Of a stretch of DNA of 64,000 nt, positions 10,046-21,071 are shown piece by piece. Each line of letters starts with the position of its first letter. Position 1 is the stretch's first letter. This stretch comes from Parvibaculum sp. (GTDB lineage: Bacteria; Pseudomonadota; Alphaproteobacteria; Parvibaculales; Parvibaculaceae): assembly GCA_036499025.1 (NCBI GenBank), contig DASYEM010000021.1, positions 2,421-66,420 of the forward strand, in the 5' to 3' direction. The notes beneath the pieces were generated by a model. The model was not told the DNA's origin, did not search any database, and was given only the letters and a program-made list of their open reading frames with translations. The translations under genes were made by a program, and so were the position numbers.

Positions 10046-11434
10046 ATGGCGAGGAGCGCGGTTATCCATCCAGACGGATTGCCGGTGCCGCGCCGCTATG
10101 GCGCGATGCTGACTGTCGCGCTGGGTGTGACCATGGCCGTGCTCGACGGCGCGGTCGCCAATATCGCGCTGCCGACCATCGCGCGCGAACTGAACGCCAG
10201 CGCAGCGCAATCGATCTGGGTGGTCAACGCCTATCAGCTCGTCATCGTCGTCACGCTTTTGCCTTTGTCTTCGCTCGGCGAGATCATCGGCTATTCGCGC
10301 ATCTATCGCGTCGGGCTCGCGCTTTTTGGTATCGCCTCATTGACCTGCGCCTTGTCGGATTCGCTGACCATGCTGGTCATCGCCCGCGTGCTGCAAGGCA
10401 TCGGCGCGTCCTGCATCATGAGCGTCAATTCAGCGCTGATACGCTTCATCTATCCGCGCGCCCAGCTCGGCCGGGGCATCGGCCTTATTGCTTTCGTTGT
10501 GGCGCTTGCGGCGGCGGCGGGACCGACGGTCGCCGCCGCCATTCTCTCTGTGGCGACATGGCAATGGATTTTTGCCATCAACGTGCCGCTCAGCCTCATC
10601 TCGTGGCTGGTCGCCGTTAGCCTTCCGCTGACCGCCAGAGGTACGCATCGTTTTGACTGGATCAGCGCTACGCTCAACGCGGCGATGTTTGGCGCTTTCA
10701 TCATGGGCATCGATCACCTCGGACACGGATTCGATCACATGGGGCGCGTAGCGCTTGAATTTTCCATCGCCGTCGTCTGCGGCGTGATCCTCGTTCGCCG
10801 CCAGCTTTCGCGGCCCGCGCCGCTGCTTCCCGTCGATCTGTTGCGCATCCCGATCTTCGCCCTGTCGATTTGCACGTCCGTCTGTTCCTTCGGCGCGCAG
10901 ATGCTGGCCTTCGTCACCTTGCCTTTCTATTTGCAGAACGCGCTTCATCGCAGCGAGGTCGAGACGGGCTTGCTGATGACGCCATGGCCCATTGCATTGG
11001 TCTTCGTCGCGCCGATGGCAGGGCGTCTCGCCGACCGTTTTCCCTCCGGCCTCCTTGGCGGCATCGGCATGATGATCTTCGCCACGGGCCTCGGCGCGCT
11101 CGCCTTCCTGCCGGACGATCCGTCTTCTTTCGATATTGTCTGGCGCATGCTTGTCTGCGGCGTCGGTTTCGGTCTGTTCCAGTCGCCTAACAACCGGACC
11201 ATGCTCTCCTCGTCGCCACCGGAGCGGGCAGGCGGGGCGAGCGGCATGCTGGGCACGGCCCGGCTCACCGGCCAGACTATCGGCACCGCCGTTGTCGCCC
11301 TGATTTTCAACCTCATGGCGACCAATGGAACCCGCGTGGCCTTGACCACAGCCACCATTCTGGCCCTGATCGCCATGGTTCTGAGCTCGCTCCGGCTCAC
11401 ATCGGCGGGTAGCTCGACCCAAAGCAGACCTTGA
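10046..11434 (+). CDS. MFS efflux transporter (DHA2-like)
   Basis: [29 protein letters not shown], many TM helices. Confidence 0.9.
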   Translation: MARSAVIHPDGLPVPRRYGAMLTVALGVTMAVLDGAVANIALPTIARELNASAAQSIWVVNAYQLVIVVTLLPLSSLGEIIGYSRIYRVGLALFGIASLTCALSDSLTMLVIARVLQGIGASCIMSVNSALIRFIYPRAQLGRGIGLIAFVVALAAAAGPTVAAAILSVATWQWIFAINVPLSLISWLVAVSLPLTARGTHRFDWISATLNAAMFGAFIMGIDHLGHGFDHMGRVALEFSIAVVCGVILVRRQLSRPAPLLPVDLLRIPIFALSICTSVCSFGAQMLAFVTLPFYLQNALHRSEVETGLLMTPWPIALVFVAPMAGRLADRFPSGLLGGIGMMIFATGLGALAFLPDDPSSFDIVWRMLVCGVGFGLFQSPNNRTMLSSSPPERAGGASGMLGTARLTGQTIGTAVVALIFNLMATNGTRVALTTATILALIAMVLSSLRLTSAGSSTQSRP

Positions 11435-11498
11435 TATGCGGTACTATAGTACCGCGTCTATAAAGCACCGCTTTTACGGGCATTTTTCCGCTATATCG

Positions 11499-11527
11499 TT
11501 GACAGAATGCGGGGGCTCGCTTAAAAG
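11499..11527 (+). promoter_or_regulatory. Putative sigma70 promoter of rplM-rpsI
   Basis: TTGACA-N17-TAAAAG. Confidence 0.6.
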
Positions 11528-11570
11528 CGCGGCAACTCTAGACCTCAAAAGCTTTATTGGGACTTTTCGC

Positions 11571-12035
11571 ATGACCACCTATTCCGCGAAGGCCTCCGAG
11601 ATCGAGAAAAAGTGGATCGTGATCGACGCCGAAGGCGTCGTCGTTGGCCGTCTCGCGTCGTTTATCGCGAACCGTCTGCGCGGCAAGCATAAGCCGACCT
11701 TCACGCCCCATCTCGACGACGGCGACCACGTCATCGTTGTGAACGCAGGCAAAGTCGCGTTCACCGGCAAGAAATACGACGACAAGCGCTACTACCGCCA
11801 CACGGGCTATCCGGGCGGCATCAAGGAAACCTCGCCCAAGCGTATTCTCGAAGGCCGTTTTCCCGAGCGCGTTGTCGAGCTTGCCGTGAAGCGCATGATC
11901 GCGCGCGGTCCGCTTGCCCGCAAGCAGATGGGCAACCTGCACATTTACAGTGGCGCCGAGCATCCGCATGAGGCTCAGCAGCCCCAGAAGGTCGACTTCG
12001 CCGCGATCAACCGCAAGAACGTGAGGGTCGCATAA
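11571..12035 (+). CDS. rplM: 50S ribosomal protein L13
   Basis: [40 protein letters not shown]. Confidence 0.98.
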   Translation: MTTYSAKASEIEKKWIVIDAEGVVVGRLASFIANRLRGKHKPTFTPHLDDGDHVIVVNAGKVAFTGKKYDDKRYYRHTGYPGGIKETSPKRILEGRFPERVVELAVKRMIARGPLARKQMGNLHIYSGAEHPHEAQQPQKVDFAAINRKNVRVA

Positions 12036-12511
12036 TGGCGCCGGAAACCCATTCGCTCGAAGATCTGAAGGGCGCCATCCAGACGGCAGAGGCTCCTGAA
12101 GCCCGCCAGCCCAAGCTCGACAAATTCGGCCGCGCCTATGCCACCGGCAAGCGCAAGAACGCCGTCGCGCGCGTTTGGCTGAAGCCGGGCTCCGGCAAGA
12201 TCATCATCAACGGCCGTGACCTTGAGCGTTACTTCGCTCGTCCCGTGCTGCGCATGATCCTCAACCAGCCGCTCGTCGCGGCAGCTCGCGAGAAGCAGTT
12301 CGACATCACCGCAACGGTGCTTGGCGGCGGTCTCTCCGGTCAGGCCGGTGCGATCCGTCACGGCATCTCGCGCGCGCTCACCTATTTCGAGCCCGAGCTG
12401 CGCGGCGTCCTCAAGAAGGACGGCTTCCTCACGCGCGACAGCCGTGTGGTTGAACGCAAGAAGTACGGCAAGGCGAAGGCCCGCCGCAGCTTCCAGTTCT
12501 CGAAGCGCTGA
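12035..12511 (+). CDS. rpsI: 30S ribosomal protein S9
   Basis: [31 protein letters not shown]. Confidence 0.98.
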   Translation: MAPETHSLEDLKGAIQTAEAPEARQPKLDKFGRAYATGKRKNAVARVWLKPGSGKIIINGRDLERYFARPVLRMILNQPLVAAAREKQFDITATVLGGGLSGQAGAIRHGISRALTYFEPELRGVLKKDGFLTRDSRVVERKKYGKAKARRSFQFSKR

Positions 12512-12534
12512 TCGCTTATTGCGGTTACGATCAG

Positions 12535-12565
12535 GGGCGCTTCGAAATATCGAGGCGCCCTTTTT
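12535..12565 (+). terminator. Intrinsic terminator after rpsI
   Basis: GGGCGCTTCGA-AATA-TCGAGGCGCCC-TTTTT. Confidence 0.8.
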
Positions 12566-12594
12566 CTTTGTCTTTTTGCTCCGCGGAGTGCGAC

Positions 12595-13548
12595 ATGGTC
12601 ACGAAGGTTTTCATCGACGGCGAAGCGGGGACGACTGGTCTCCAGATCAGGGCGCGGCTCGACCAGCGGCGCGACCTCGAATTCATTCGCCTGACCGAAG
12701 CGACCCGCAAGGATGCGAAGGCGCGAAAGGATGCGCTCAACGCCGCCGACATCGTCATTCTTTGCCTGCCCGACGATGCGGCAAAGGAAGCGGTGAAGCT
12801 CATCGAGAATCCGCTGACCCGCGTCATCGATGCCTCGTCCGGGCACCGCGTTTCGCCCGGCTGGGTCTATGGCTTCCCGGAAATGGCGAAGATACAGCGC
12901 AAGATCATTCGCGAGGCGGGCAGGGTGACGAACCCCGGCTGCTATCCGACAGGTGCGATTGCGCTCATCCGTCCGTTGGCGCGCGCGGGTATCGTTCCCG
13001 ATAGCTGGCCGATCACCATCAACGCCGTGTCAGGCTATTCCGGTGGCGGCAAGTCGATGATCGCCGAGTTCGAAGACAAAAATTCGCCTGCCGCCACGCG
13101 GGACAATTACCGCATCTATGGTTTGAGCCTCGAGCACAAGCATGTGCCCGAGATCGAGCAATACAGCCTGCTTGCGCAGCGCCCGCTGTTCACGCCCGCC
13201 GTGGGTCGCTATGCGCAAGGCATGATTGTCGAAGTGCCGTTGCAGCTCTGGGCGCTGCCTGGTGCGCCTTCGATGAAGCTTGTGCATGAAACCATCGCCG
13301 CGACCTATGAAGGCGAGCGTTTCGTTTCCGTCGCATCGCTGGAAGAGAGTGCGGGCCTGAAGGGCCTGGATCCCGAAGGCCTTAACGGCACCAACAACCT
13401 GAAGCTATTTGTCTTTGGCAATGAAGCGACAAAGCAGGTGCGTCTCGTCGCGCTGCTCGACAATCTCGGCAAGGGTGCGTCGGCGCAGGCGGTTCAATGC
13501 ATGAACATCATGCTCGGGATCGATGAAGGCATCGGCGTCGATTTGTAA
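12595..13548 (+). CDS. argC: N-acetyl-gamma-glutamyl-phosphate reductase (type 2)
   Basis: KVFIDGEAGTTGLQI, NPGCYPTG, SGYSGGG, DNLGKGA. Confidence 0.95.
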   Translation: MVTKVFIDGEAGTTGLQIRARLDQRRDLEFIRLTEATRKDAKARKDALNAADIVILCLPDDAAKEAVKLIENPLTRVIDASSGHRVSPGWVYGFPEMAKIQRKIIREAGRVTNPGCYPTGAIALIRPLARAGIVPDSWPITINAVSGYSGGGKSMIAEFEDKNSPAATRDNYRIYGLSLEHKHVPEIEQYSLLAQRPLFTPAVGRYAQGMIVEVPLQLWALPGAPSMKLVHETIAATYEGERFVSVASLEESAGLKGLDPEGLNGTNNLKLFVFGNEATKQVRLVALLDNLGKGASAQAVQCMNIMLGIDEGIGVDL

Positions 13549-13550
13549 CG

Positions 13551-14393
13551 CTACATTTTTAGCAGGATCACGCCCGCGGCCACGACACAAGCGGCGATGA
13601 TGGCGCGCGCGCCCAGTCCTTCTTTCAGGATCAGTCCTGAAATCAGCGCGCCGAAAACAACACTTGTTTCGCGCAGCGCCGCAACAGGACCTAGCGCGGT
13701 GACGCTCATCGCCCAGATGACGAGCCAATAGGCGACGACCGAAATGAAGCCACCGCCGAGGCCGAGCAACATGTCGCGACGCGGGCGCAGCAAGGCGGGT
13801 CCGCGCCGCCACAAGGCAATCGCTGTGATGCTGACGCCGTCCAACGCAGAGAGCCAGATCACATAGGCACTGGCGCTTTCCGCCAGACGTCCGCCGAGCC
13901 CATCATTCAGCGTGTAGCTGGCAATGAAAACCGATGTGCCGAGAGCATAAAAAATCGCCCGAGGATCGGTCGGTCCGCGCGCGCCGTTCCTGGAGCGCCA
14001 GGCAAGACTGACAATGCCCGCCAGAATCATGACGATGCCGACGGTCGCGCCCAACGGCAGCCGTTCGCCGAGGAACAGAAATCCGACCAGCGTGACGATT
14101 GCCGGCGCGGTGCCGCGGGCCAGCGGATAAACCTGCCCCATATCGCCATGCATATAGGCCTTGACGAGGAAGACCTTGTAGCCGGTATGCAGCGCCAGCG
14201 AGAGCAGGATGATCTTCCAGATTTCCCAGCTCGGAAACGGCGCGAAGGGCAGCAGCGGCAACATCAGCAAGCTGCCGCCGCCCGCGACGTAAGCCATCAT
14301 CGACAGCCGGTCGGCATTGGACTTGATGAGCGCATTCCAGACCGCATGAAACAACGCGGCAAGCAGCACGAGCAAGGTGATGGAGAGGGACAG
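13551..14393 (-). CDS. EamA/DMT family transporter (probable CTG start at 14393)
   Basis: LAALFHAVWNALIK, VYPLARG, ALRETSV; GGGAG SD 6 nt before the CTG. Confidence 0.88.
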   Translation of the reverse strand: MSLSITLLVLLAALFHAVWNALIKSNADRLSMMAYVAGGGSLLMLPLLPFAPFPSWEIWKIILLSLALHTGYKVFLVKAYMHGDMGQVYPLARGTAPAIVTLVGFLFLGERLPLGATVGIVMILAGIVSLAWRSRNGARGPTDPRAIFYALGTSVFIASYTLNDGLGGRLAESASAYVIWLSALDGVSITAIALWRRGPALLRPRRDMLLGLGGGFISVVAYWLVIWAMSVTALGPVAALRETSVVFGALISGLILKEGLGARAIIAACVVAAGVILLKM

Positions 14394-14542
14394 GACAAAC
14401 TCCCGAAGCCGGAATGACGAGCAAGCCGAAGCTACAAGTCAAAGCGCCGGATGCGCATACGGAATTTTCAGCATGGGCTTTGCGTGATCGGATGGTCGTG
14501 GCAAGCGTGCGTGGCGATGATGCAAAGAGGTTTGCGAAAACC

Positions 14543-16405
14543 TCACTCGCCCGACTTCACCAGCACATAGGACCCCGGCGCATCTTCCAGCACCTTGAGC
14601 TTTCCGTCGCCCGGCGCGCGCGCGTTGACCAGCGGACCTGATTGCGGCTTCAGCCAGCTTTCCCAGTCGTGCCACCATGAGCCCGGCGTTTCAGTTGCCT
14701 CTTCGAGCCATTCTTTTGCAAGCCTGGGCCGTGCGTCATTCGTCCAGTACTGGTATTTCCGCGCCGAGGGCGGATTGATGACGCCGGCGATGTGGCCCGA
14801 GCCCGCGACGATGAATTTCACATCGCCGCCGAAAAGCCGCGTCGCCTTGTAGACCGAGTTATAAGGCGCGATGTGGTCTTCGCGACTCGACTGGAGGTAG
14901 ATCGGTATCTTGATTTTCGACAGGTCGAGCGTTTCACCGCCGAGCTCCATGCGGCCTTCGGCGAGATTGTTCCGCAGGTAGCATTCGCGCAGATAGAAGA
15001 GATGCATCTTGGCGGGCATGCGCGTGGCGTCGGCATTCCAGTAAAGAAGATCGAAGGGGACGGGCTCGCGGCCAAGCAGGTAATTATTGACCACGTAAGA
15101 CCAGATCAACTCGTTCGAGCGCAGCATGTTGAAGGTCGATGCCATAGCAGAGCCTTCGAGCAAGCCGCCATTGGCTTCCATCTGCTGTTCGAGCCCCGCG
15201 ATCTGTCCCTCGTCGACAAAGACTTGCAGATCGCCCGCTTCAGTGAAGTCTACTTGCGTCGCAAAGAAGGTCGCGGATTTGATACGCCCGTCGTTCTTCG
15301 CCGCCATATGCGCCAGCGTCGAGGCAAGCAGGGTGCCGCCGATGCAATAGCCGATGGCGTTGACGTCTTTTTCACCTGTGGCTTTTTCGATCGCATCGAG
15401 CGCCGGATAGGCGCCATCGATCATGTAACTCTCGAAAGAAATCATCGCCTGTTGCGCGTCGGGATTGACCCAGCTCACGACGAAGACGGTATAGCCCTGC
15501 TCGACAGCCCACCGGACGAAGGATTTTTCCGGCGTGAGGTCGAGAATATAATATTTGTTGATCCAGGGCGGAAAGATCAGCAGCGGCCGCTTATGAACCT
15601 TCCCGGTCGTCGGTTCATATTGCAGCAGCTGGATCAGATCGTTCTGGAAGACGACCTTGCCCGGCGTCAGCGCGATGTTGCGGCCGAGCTCAAAGGCCTT
15701 CATGTCGGTTTGCTGAATGTTCAGCTTGCCGTGTCCGCGCTCCACATCTTCGAGCAGATGCTGCATTCCGAGAACGAGATTTTCACCGTTGGATTGCAGC
15801 GTGGCGCGCAGCACCTGCGGATTGGTCAGCAGAAAGTTCGAAGGAGAAAAAGCGTCGGCGAATTGCTTGACGTAGAATTCGGCTTTCTTGCGCGTATGCT
15901 CATCGACGCCCTCAGTGTCGCGCACCTGTTGGCCGAGCCATTGGCTCATCAGCAGATATGACTGCTTCATCAGGTCGAAGGCGACATTGTTTTGCCAGTC
16001 GGAATCCTTGAAGCGCTTATCCGCACGCGCGGGCTGAACGACAGGTTCGGTTTCCTGACCCATCAGGCGACGCGTCGTCGATTGCCAGAGATCGAGATAT
16101 CCGTTCCAGAGCTGGGCTTGCGCCTCGACGAGTTTCAGCGGATTTTTCACGTAACTCGTGGCGACATCGAGAATCGGTTTGCCGATACGCCGCACATCGC
16201 TCATCGACGAGCTGAGCGACCCGGATTCTTCGCCGCCGACCATTTGCCGGAAGGCTTTCTGGCCGAGCGCAGCCGCCTGAATGAGATTGAGCGCCATCGC
16301 ACCCATGTCGGGAATGGGATAGGCCGAAGCTTTCGCTTCTGGCAGAACAGGTTGCGCTTGGGCCGGCTGGCCTTGAGACGGCGAACTCTTCTTGCGTGGC
16401 GGCAC
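14543..16405 (-). CDS. phaC: Class I poly(3-hydroxyalkanoate) synthase
   Basis: PPWINKYYILDL, lipase box GYCIGG, DHIAP, SGHIAG, GSWW. Confidence 0.96.
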   Translation of the reverse strand: MPPRKKSSPSQGQPAQAQPVLPEAKASAYPIPDMGAMALNLIQAAALGQKAFRQMVGGEESGSLSSSMSDVRRIGKPILDVATSYVKNPLKLVEAQAQLWNGYLDLWQSTTRRLMGQETEPVVQPARADKRFKDSDWQNNVAFDLMKQSYLLMSQWLGQQVRDTEGVDEHTRKKAEFYVKQFADAFSPSNFLLTNPQVLRATLQSNGENLVLGMQHLLEDVERGHGKLNIQQTDMKAFELGRNIALTPGKVVFQNDLIQLLQYEPTTGKVHKRPLLIFPPWINKYYILDLTPEKSFVRWAVEQGYTVFVVSWVNPDAQQAMISFESYMIDGAYPALDAIEKATGEKDVNAIGYCIGGTLLASTLAHMAAKNDGRIKSATFFATQVDFTEAGDLQVFVDEGQIAGLEQQMEANGGLLEGSAMASTFNMLRSNELIWSYVVNNYLLGREPVPFDLLYWNADATRMPAKMHLFYLRECYLRNNLAEGRMELGGETLDLSKIKIPIYLQSSREDHIAPYNSVYKATRLFGGDVKFIVAGSGHIAGVINPPSARKYQYWTNDARPRLAKEWLEEATETPGSWWHDWESWLKPQSGPLVNARAPGDGKLKVLEDAPGSYVLVKSGE

Positions 16406-16565
16406 GTCGTTTCCCTGGTCCGGTCTGCCGCTGGCGCCGATTTCGCGCGCGACTATCGGTTTTGTGTTCGGTTTCTATACTATACGCTCTGGCGCAGCCG
16501 CCCATGAAAATGCGATAAATTGCGCCGGCTGGGGCCAGAACGAAATTTAGGGAGCGGAGACCACA

Positions 16566-17230
16566 TGTCCAGGCAGGGATCGGACGTTATGCGGAACCGG
16601 AGCAATCCGTTGGGGCAGCCTCTTGTGAGGGTCGCCGCCGCAGCCTTGCTGATGGGCGGTCTTGCCGCTTGCTCGATGATGCCCGACTGGGCAAAGCCCG
16701 GCGCGGTTTATGGTGAAGGCACGCCCGCGGCGACGCCCGAAGGCACGGAAGGTTTCCCCAATCTTGCCGACACGCCGGGCCAGAAGCCGTCTTCGACCAG
16801 CGTCGAAGACCAGAAAAGCATCGCCGAAGGTCTGGCCGCCGATCGCGCCAGCGCCAAGCATACCGATGAAGTGCTGCGCGGCGGCACCGAGCCGCCGGCG
16901 CCCGCGCCGCAGGTGGCAGCGCCAAAGCCCGTTCCGGCGCTGAAGGATGCTCCGGCAGAGGCTGCGGAACCGGAAGCGCAGCCCGAGACTTCGAAGGCAA
17001 ACGGCAAGAAGAGCGAACTTCTGCCTATGCCCGGTTTCGGCGGACACGCCACGCTTGCCGCCGCCCGTCGCATCCAGACGGCCTCCGCCGATATGTCGCA
17101 AGACGCACCGGCGGCTGCCAGCGAAGATACCGAGGCAAAGCCCGATCCGAATGCCGAACAGCCGGTCAGCGCCGCGCCAACGACCCCGGTCGAGGTCAAG
17201 CCGGTGATCGGCGGCGGGAAGGCTATGTAG
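16566..17230 (+). CDS. Pro/Ala-rich lipoprotein of unknown function
   Basis: Hydrophobic signal with LAAC lipobox; GGAG SD before ATG 16566. Confidence 0.7.
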
Positions 17231-17465
17231 GCTCGAAGACGCTTCTTCGAGCCTGACGTGAGCTACCCGTGCAATAAGGTCCCGCTATGGGCGAATCCGT
17301 CATAATCTTGCCTTGAGCCGCTCCGCTATTGGGGCGAGGCAGTCCCTTGGCCCTTTGGTCACGGCGCAGCCCCGTTTTCAGCCCTTTTGGCGTGGCCCGG
17401 TTCCTGGTTTGGAGTTATAAGGGCGGCGTTATCAGGGGTTTCGCGCCCCGCTTCAGGATTTGACC

Positions 17466-18728
17466 ATGAGCGAAGAATTCCATCGCATAAAGCGTCTGCC
17501 CCCTTACGTCTTTGAGAGCGTGAACAAGCTCAAGGCGAAGGCGCGCGCCGAAGGCAAGGACATCATCGATTTCGGCATGGGCAACCCGGATATGCCGACG
17601 CCGCCGCATATCGTCGAAAAGATGATCGAAGCGGTACGCGATCCGAAAACCCATCGCTATTCCTCTTCGCGCGGCATTCCCGGTCTGCGCAAGGCGCAGG
17701 CCGCCTATTACGAGCGCCGCTTCGGTGTGAAGCTCAATCCCGAAACGGAAGTCATCGCGACGCTGGGCTCCAAAGAGGGCCTCGCCAATCTCGCGCAGGC
17801 CATCACCGCGCCGGGCGACGTGATCCTCTGTCCGAACCCGAGCTATCCGATCCACGCCTTCGGCTTCATCATTTCGGGCGCGGTCATCCGCAGCGTACCC
17901 TTCGAGAGCCAGTCCGGTTTTTTCGACATGCTGGAGCGCGGCGTCCGCCATAGCGTCCCGAAGCCCGTCGCGCTCGTCGTGAGCTATCCGTCCAATCCGA
18001 CGGCGCAGGTAGCCGATCTCGATTTCTACCGCGAGATCGTCGCTTTCGCGGCCAAGCATGACCTCTACATTATTTCCGATCTCGCTTATTCCGAGATTTA
18101 TTTTGACGGCAATCCGCCGCCCTCGATCTTGCAGGTGCCCGGCGCGCGCGAGCGCAGCGTCGAGTTCACCTCGCTCTCCAAAACCTATGCGATGCCCGGC
18201 TGGCGCATGGGTTTCGCTGTCGGAAATGAGCGTCTCGTCAACGCGCTCGGCCGTGTGAAGTCCTATCTTGATTACGGCGCCTTCACGCCCATTCAGGTTG
18301 CGGCCACGGCGGCGCTCAACGGCCCGCAAGATTGCGTCGAGGAAATTCGCCAGACCTACAAGCATCGCCGCGACGTGCTGGTCGACAGCATGGCGCGGTC
18401 GGGCTGGGACATTCCGAGCCCGCCAGCATCGATGTTCGCCTGGTCGCCTATCCCGGAGAAGTTCCGCCACATCGGTTCGATGGGTTTTTCTACGCTGCTG
18501 CTTGAACAGGCCGACGTCGCCGTCGCGCCTGGCATCGGCTTTGGTGAATATGGCGACGGCCACGTCCGCATCGGTCTCGTCGAAAACGAGCAGCGCATCC
18601 GGCAGGCGGCGCGCGGCGTCAAGCGCATGATGCAGAACGCCGACCAGATCCTTGCCGAATATGAAGAACGCACCGGCATCAAAGGCAACGTCGTTCCCCA
18701 TCCCAATTCGAGAGCGGGCCGGCCGTGA
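17466..18728 (+). CDS. PLP-dependent class I/II aminotransferase (AlaC/DapL-like)
   Basis: DFGMGNPD, GSKEG, DLAYSEI, SLSKTYAMPGWRMG; upstream of hom. Confidence 0.9.
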   Translation: MSEEFHRIKRLPPYVFESVNKLKAKARAEGKDIIDFGMGNPDMPTPPHIVEKMIEAVRDPKTHRYSSSRGIPGLRKAQAAYYERRFGVKLNPETEVIATLGSKEGLANLAQAITAPGDVILCPNPSYPIHAFGFIISGAVIRSVPFESQSGFFDMLERGVRHSVPKPVALVVSYPSNPTAQVADLDFYREIVAFAAKHDLYIISDLAYSEIYFDGNPPPSILQVPGARERSVEFTSLSKTYAMPGWRMGFAVGNERLVNALGRVKSYLDYGAFTPIQVAATAALNGPQDCVEEIRQTYKHRRDVLVDSMARSGWDIPSPPASMFAWSPIPEKFRHIGSMGFSTLLLEQADVAVAPGIGFGEYGDGHVRIGLVENEQRIRQAARGVKRMMQNADQILAEYEERTGIKGNVVPHPNSRAGRP

Positions 18729-20035
18729 GCAAACCACTTCGGATCGGTGTCGCCGGCCTCGGTACTGTCGGCGTCGGCGTCGTCAAGATTTTGGCCGAGC
18801 GCCGTGACTTTCTCGCTGCCGCTTCCGGCCGCTCCATCGAAATCGCGGCCGTCAGCGCGCGCGATGCGAAGAAAGATCGCGGCGTCGATCTTTCCGGCAT
18901 CCGCTTTGAAGCCGATGCGCGTGCACTCGCCACCGCCAACGACATTGACGTCGTCGTCGAATTGATCGGCGGCGCGGATGGCATCGCACGCGAACTGGTC
19001 GAGACGGCTTTATCGAATGGGAAGCACGTCGTCACCGCCAATAAGGCGCTGATCGCGCGTCACGGCATCGCGCTGGCGCGCGTCGCTGAACAGCGCGGCG
19101 TGGCATTGAACTACGAAGCCGCCGTCGCAGGCGGCATTCCGATTGTGAAAGCCTTGCGCGAAGGTCTTGCGGCCAACGAGATCACCAGCGTCGTCGGCAT
19201 TCTCAACGGCACCTGCAATTACATTCTCACCGAGATGGAGGAGACTGGCCGCGATTTTGCGGATGTGCTGAAAGAGGCGCAGGCGCTCGGCTATGCCGAA
19301 GCCGATCCGTCTTTCGACGTCGGCGGCATCGATGCCGCACACAAGCTCGCCATCCTTGCCAGCCTCGCCTTCGGTCAGGAAGTTGCCTTCGACAATGTGC
19401 ATATCGAGGGCATCGAAAAGATCACCGCGACGGACATCAAGTTCGCCAGGGAATTTGGCTACAAAATCAAACTGCTCGGCATCGCGACGCGCGGAGCTGA
19501 TGGCATTGAACAGCGCGTGCATCCGGCGCTTGTGCCCGACGGTTCGCCGCTTGCCGCTGTCTCTGGCGTCTTCAATGCGGTGGCCGTGCGCGGCGACCGG
19601 GTCGGGCTATTGGTTCTCGAAGGTCGCGGGGCGGGCGAGGGGCCGACGGCGTCCGCCGTCTTATCCGACCTCGTCGATATCGCGCGCGGCCTCGTCATGC
19701 CACCCTTCATCGTGCCGACGAGCCACCTGAAAGCACCCGCAAAGACCACCGTCGATGCCAGCAGGAGCGCCTATTATCTGCGCTTCAGCGCCATCGATCG
19801 CGCGGGCAGCATGGCCGACATCACGCGCGCGTTGGCGCAGGCGTCTGTCTCCATTGAGCGCATCGTGCAGCGCGGCGAGCGCAAGGAAGGCGATACGGGC
19901 CGCATGCCCGTCGTCTTCGTGACGCATGCGACGGAAGAAGGTTCGATGCGCAGCGCGCTCAAACATTTGTCGCAACATGAAGAAGTGGCGGGCAAACCGC
20001 TCGTGATCCGCATCGAAGACGGCGGCTCACGTTAA
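18725..20035 (+). CDS. hom: Homoserine dehydrogenase with C-terminal ACT domain
   Basis: GLGTVG, VVTANKA, EAAVAGGIP, NGTCNYIL, GYAEADP. Confidence 0.96.
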   Translation: MSKPLRIGVAGLGTVGVGVVKILAERRDFLAAASGRSIEIAAVSARDAKKDRGVDLSGIRFEADARALATANDIDVVVELIGGADGIARELVETALSNGKHVVTANKALIARHGIALARVAEQRGVALNYEAAVAGGIPIVKALREGLAANEITSVVGILNGTCNYILTEMEETGRDFADVLKEAQALGYAEADPSFDVGGIDAAHKLAILASLAFGQEVAFDNVHIEGIEKITATDIKFAREFGYKIKLLGIATRGADGIEQRVHPALVPDGSPLAAVSGVFNAVAVRGDRVGLLVLEGRGAGEGPTASAVLSDLVDIARGLVMPPFIVPTSHLKAPAKTTVDASRSAYYLRFSAIDRAGSMADITRALAQASVSIERIVQRGERKEGDTGRMPVVFVTHATEEGSMRSALKHLSQHEEVAGKPLVIRIEDGGSR

Positions 20036-20086
20036 TCAGGCTGAACACGTCAATTGGGTTAAATACGTCCGGCGAAGGAAAGATCG

Positions 20087-21061
20087 ATGGCTGAGAAGAA
20101 GGGTTTGAGCAGGATGCTGACGCTGGAGGTGACACGTGTCACCGAGCGCGCGGCGATACTTTCGTCCTTGCTCGCGGGACGCGGCGACGAGAAGGCGGCT
20201 GACCAGGCCGCCGTCGATGCGATGCGCACGGAACTCAACCGCCTCGACATCGACGGCACGATCGTGATCGGCGAAGGCGAACGTGACGAAGCGCCGATGC
20301 TCTTCATCGGCGAAAAGGTCGGCACCGGCGACGGCCCTAAAGTCGATATCGCTCTCGATCCGCTCGAAGGCACGACACTCTGCGCCAAGGCGATGGCGAA
20401 CTCGCTCGCCGTGCTTGCGATGGCCGAAGGCGGCAGCCTTCTGCATGCGCCGGACACCTATATGGACAAGATCGCCATTGGCGGCGGTTATCCCGAAGGC
20501 CTCGTCGATCTCGACGCGAAGCCCGTCGATAACATCAACGCATTGGCGAAAGCCAAGGGCGTCGAGGTTTCGCAGATCACCGTCTGCATTCTCGACCGGC
20601 CGCGCCACGCCGAACTCATCCGCGCGGTGCGCGAGACCGGCGCGCGCGTGACGCTCATCACCGACGGCGACATTGCGGGCGTCATCAACACGACTGACCC
20701 GACCACCGGCGTCGATATCTACATGGGCATCGGCGGCGCGCCTGAAGGCGTGCTGGCGGCGGCGGCGTTGCGCTGCATCGGCGGCCAGATGCAGGGCCGT
20801 CTCGTCACCTCGAGCGACGAGCAGAAGGCGCGCGCGGCCAAGATGGGCGTGAAGGACTTCAACAAGAAGTTCACGATGGAAGAGATGGCTTCGGGCGACG
20901 TGATCTTCGCCGCCACGGGCGTCACCGACGGCAACATGCTCGAAGGCATCCGCTATGTGCGTGGCGGCTTCACCACGCATTCGGTCGTCATGCGTTCAAA
21001 GACCGGCACGGTGCGCTGGATCAAGGCGTTCCATCCCAAGATGAACAAGTTCAAGGAATAA
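20087..21061 (+). CDS. glpX: Class II fructose-1,6-bisphosphatase
   Basis: VIGEGERDEAPML, DPLEGT, GGAPEGV, ATGVTDG. Confidence 0.96.
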   Translation: MAEKKGLSRMLTLEVTRVTERAAILSSLLAGRGDEKAADQAAVDAMRTELNRLDIDGTIVIGEGERDEAPMLFIGEKVGTGDGPKVDIALDPLEGTTLCAKAMANSLAVLAMAEGGSLLHAPDTYMDKIAIGGGYPEGLVDLDAKPVDNINALAKAKGVEVSQITVCILDRPRHAELIRAVRETGARVTLITDGDIAGVINTTDPTTGVDIYMGIGGAPEGVLAAAALRCIGGQMQGRLVTSSDEQKARAAKMGVKDFNKKFTMEEMASGDVIFAATGVTDGNMLEGIRYVRGGFTTHSVVMRSKTGTVRWIKAFHPKMNKFKE

Positions 21062-21071
21062 GGCGGACCAG

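Noticed and set aside
20030-20066. CtrA box upstream of glpX (also TTAAC at 62822)
   Set aside because: Spacing does not fit TTAA-N7-TTAA; half-sites only.
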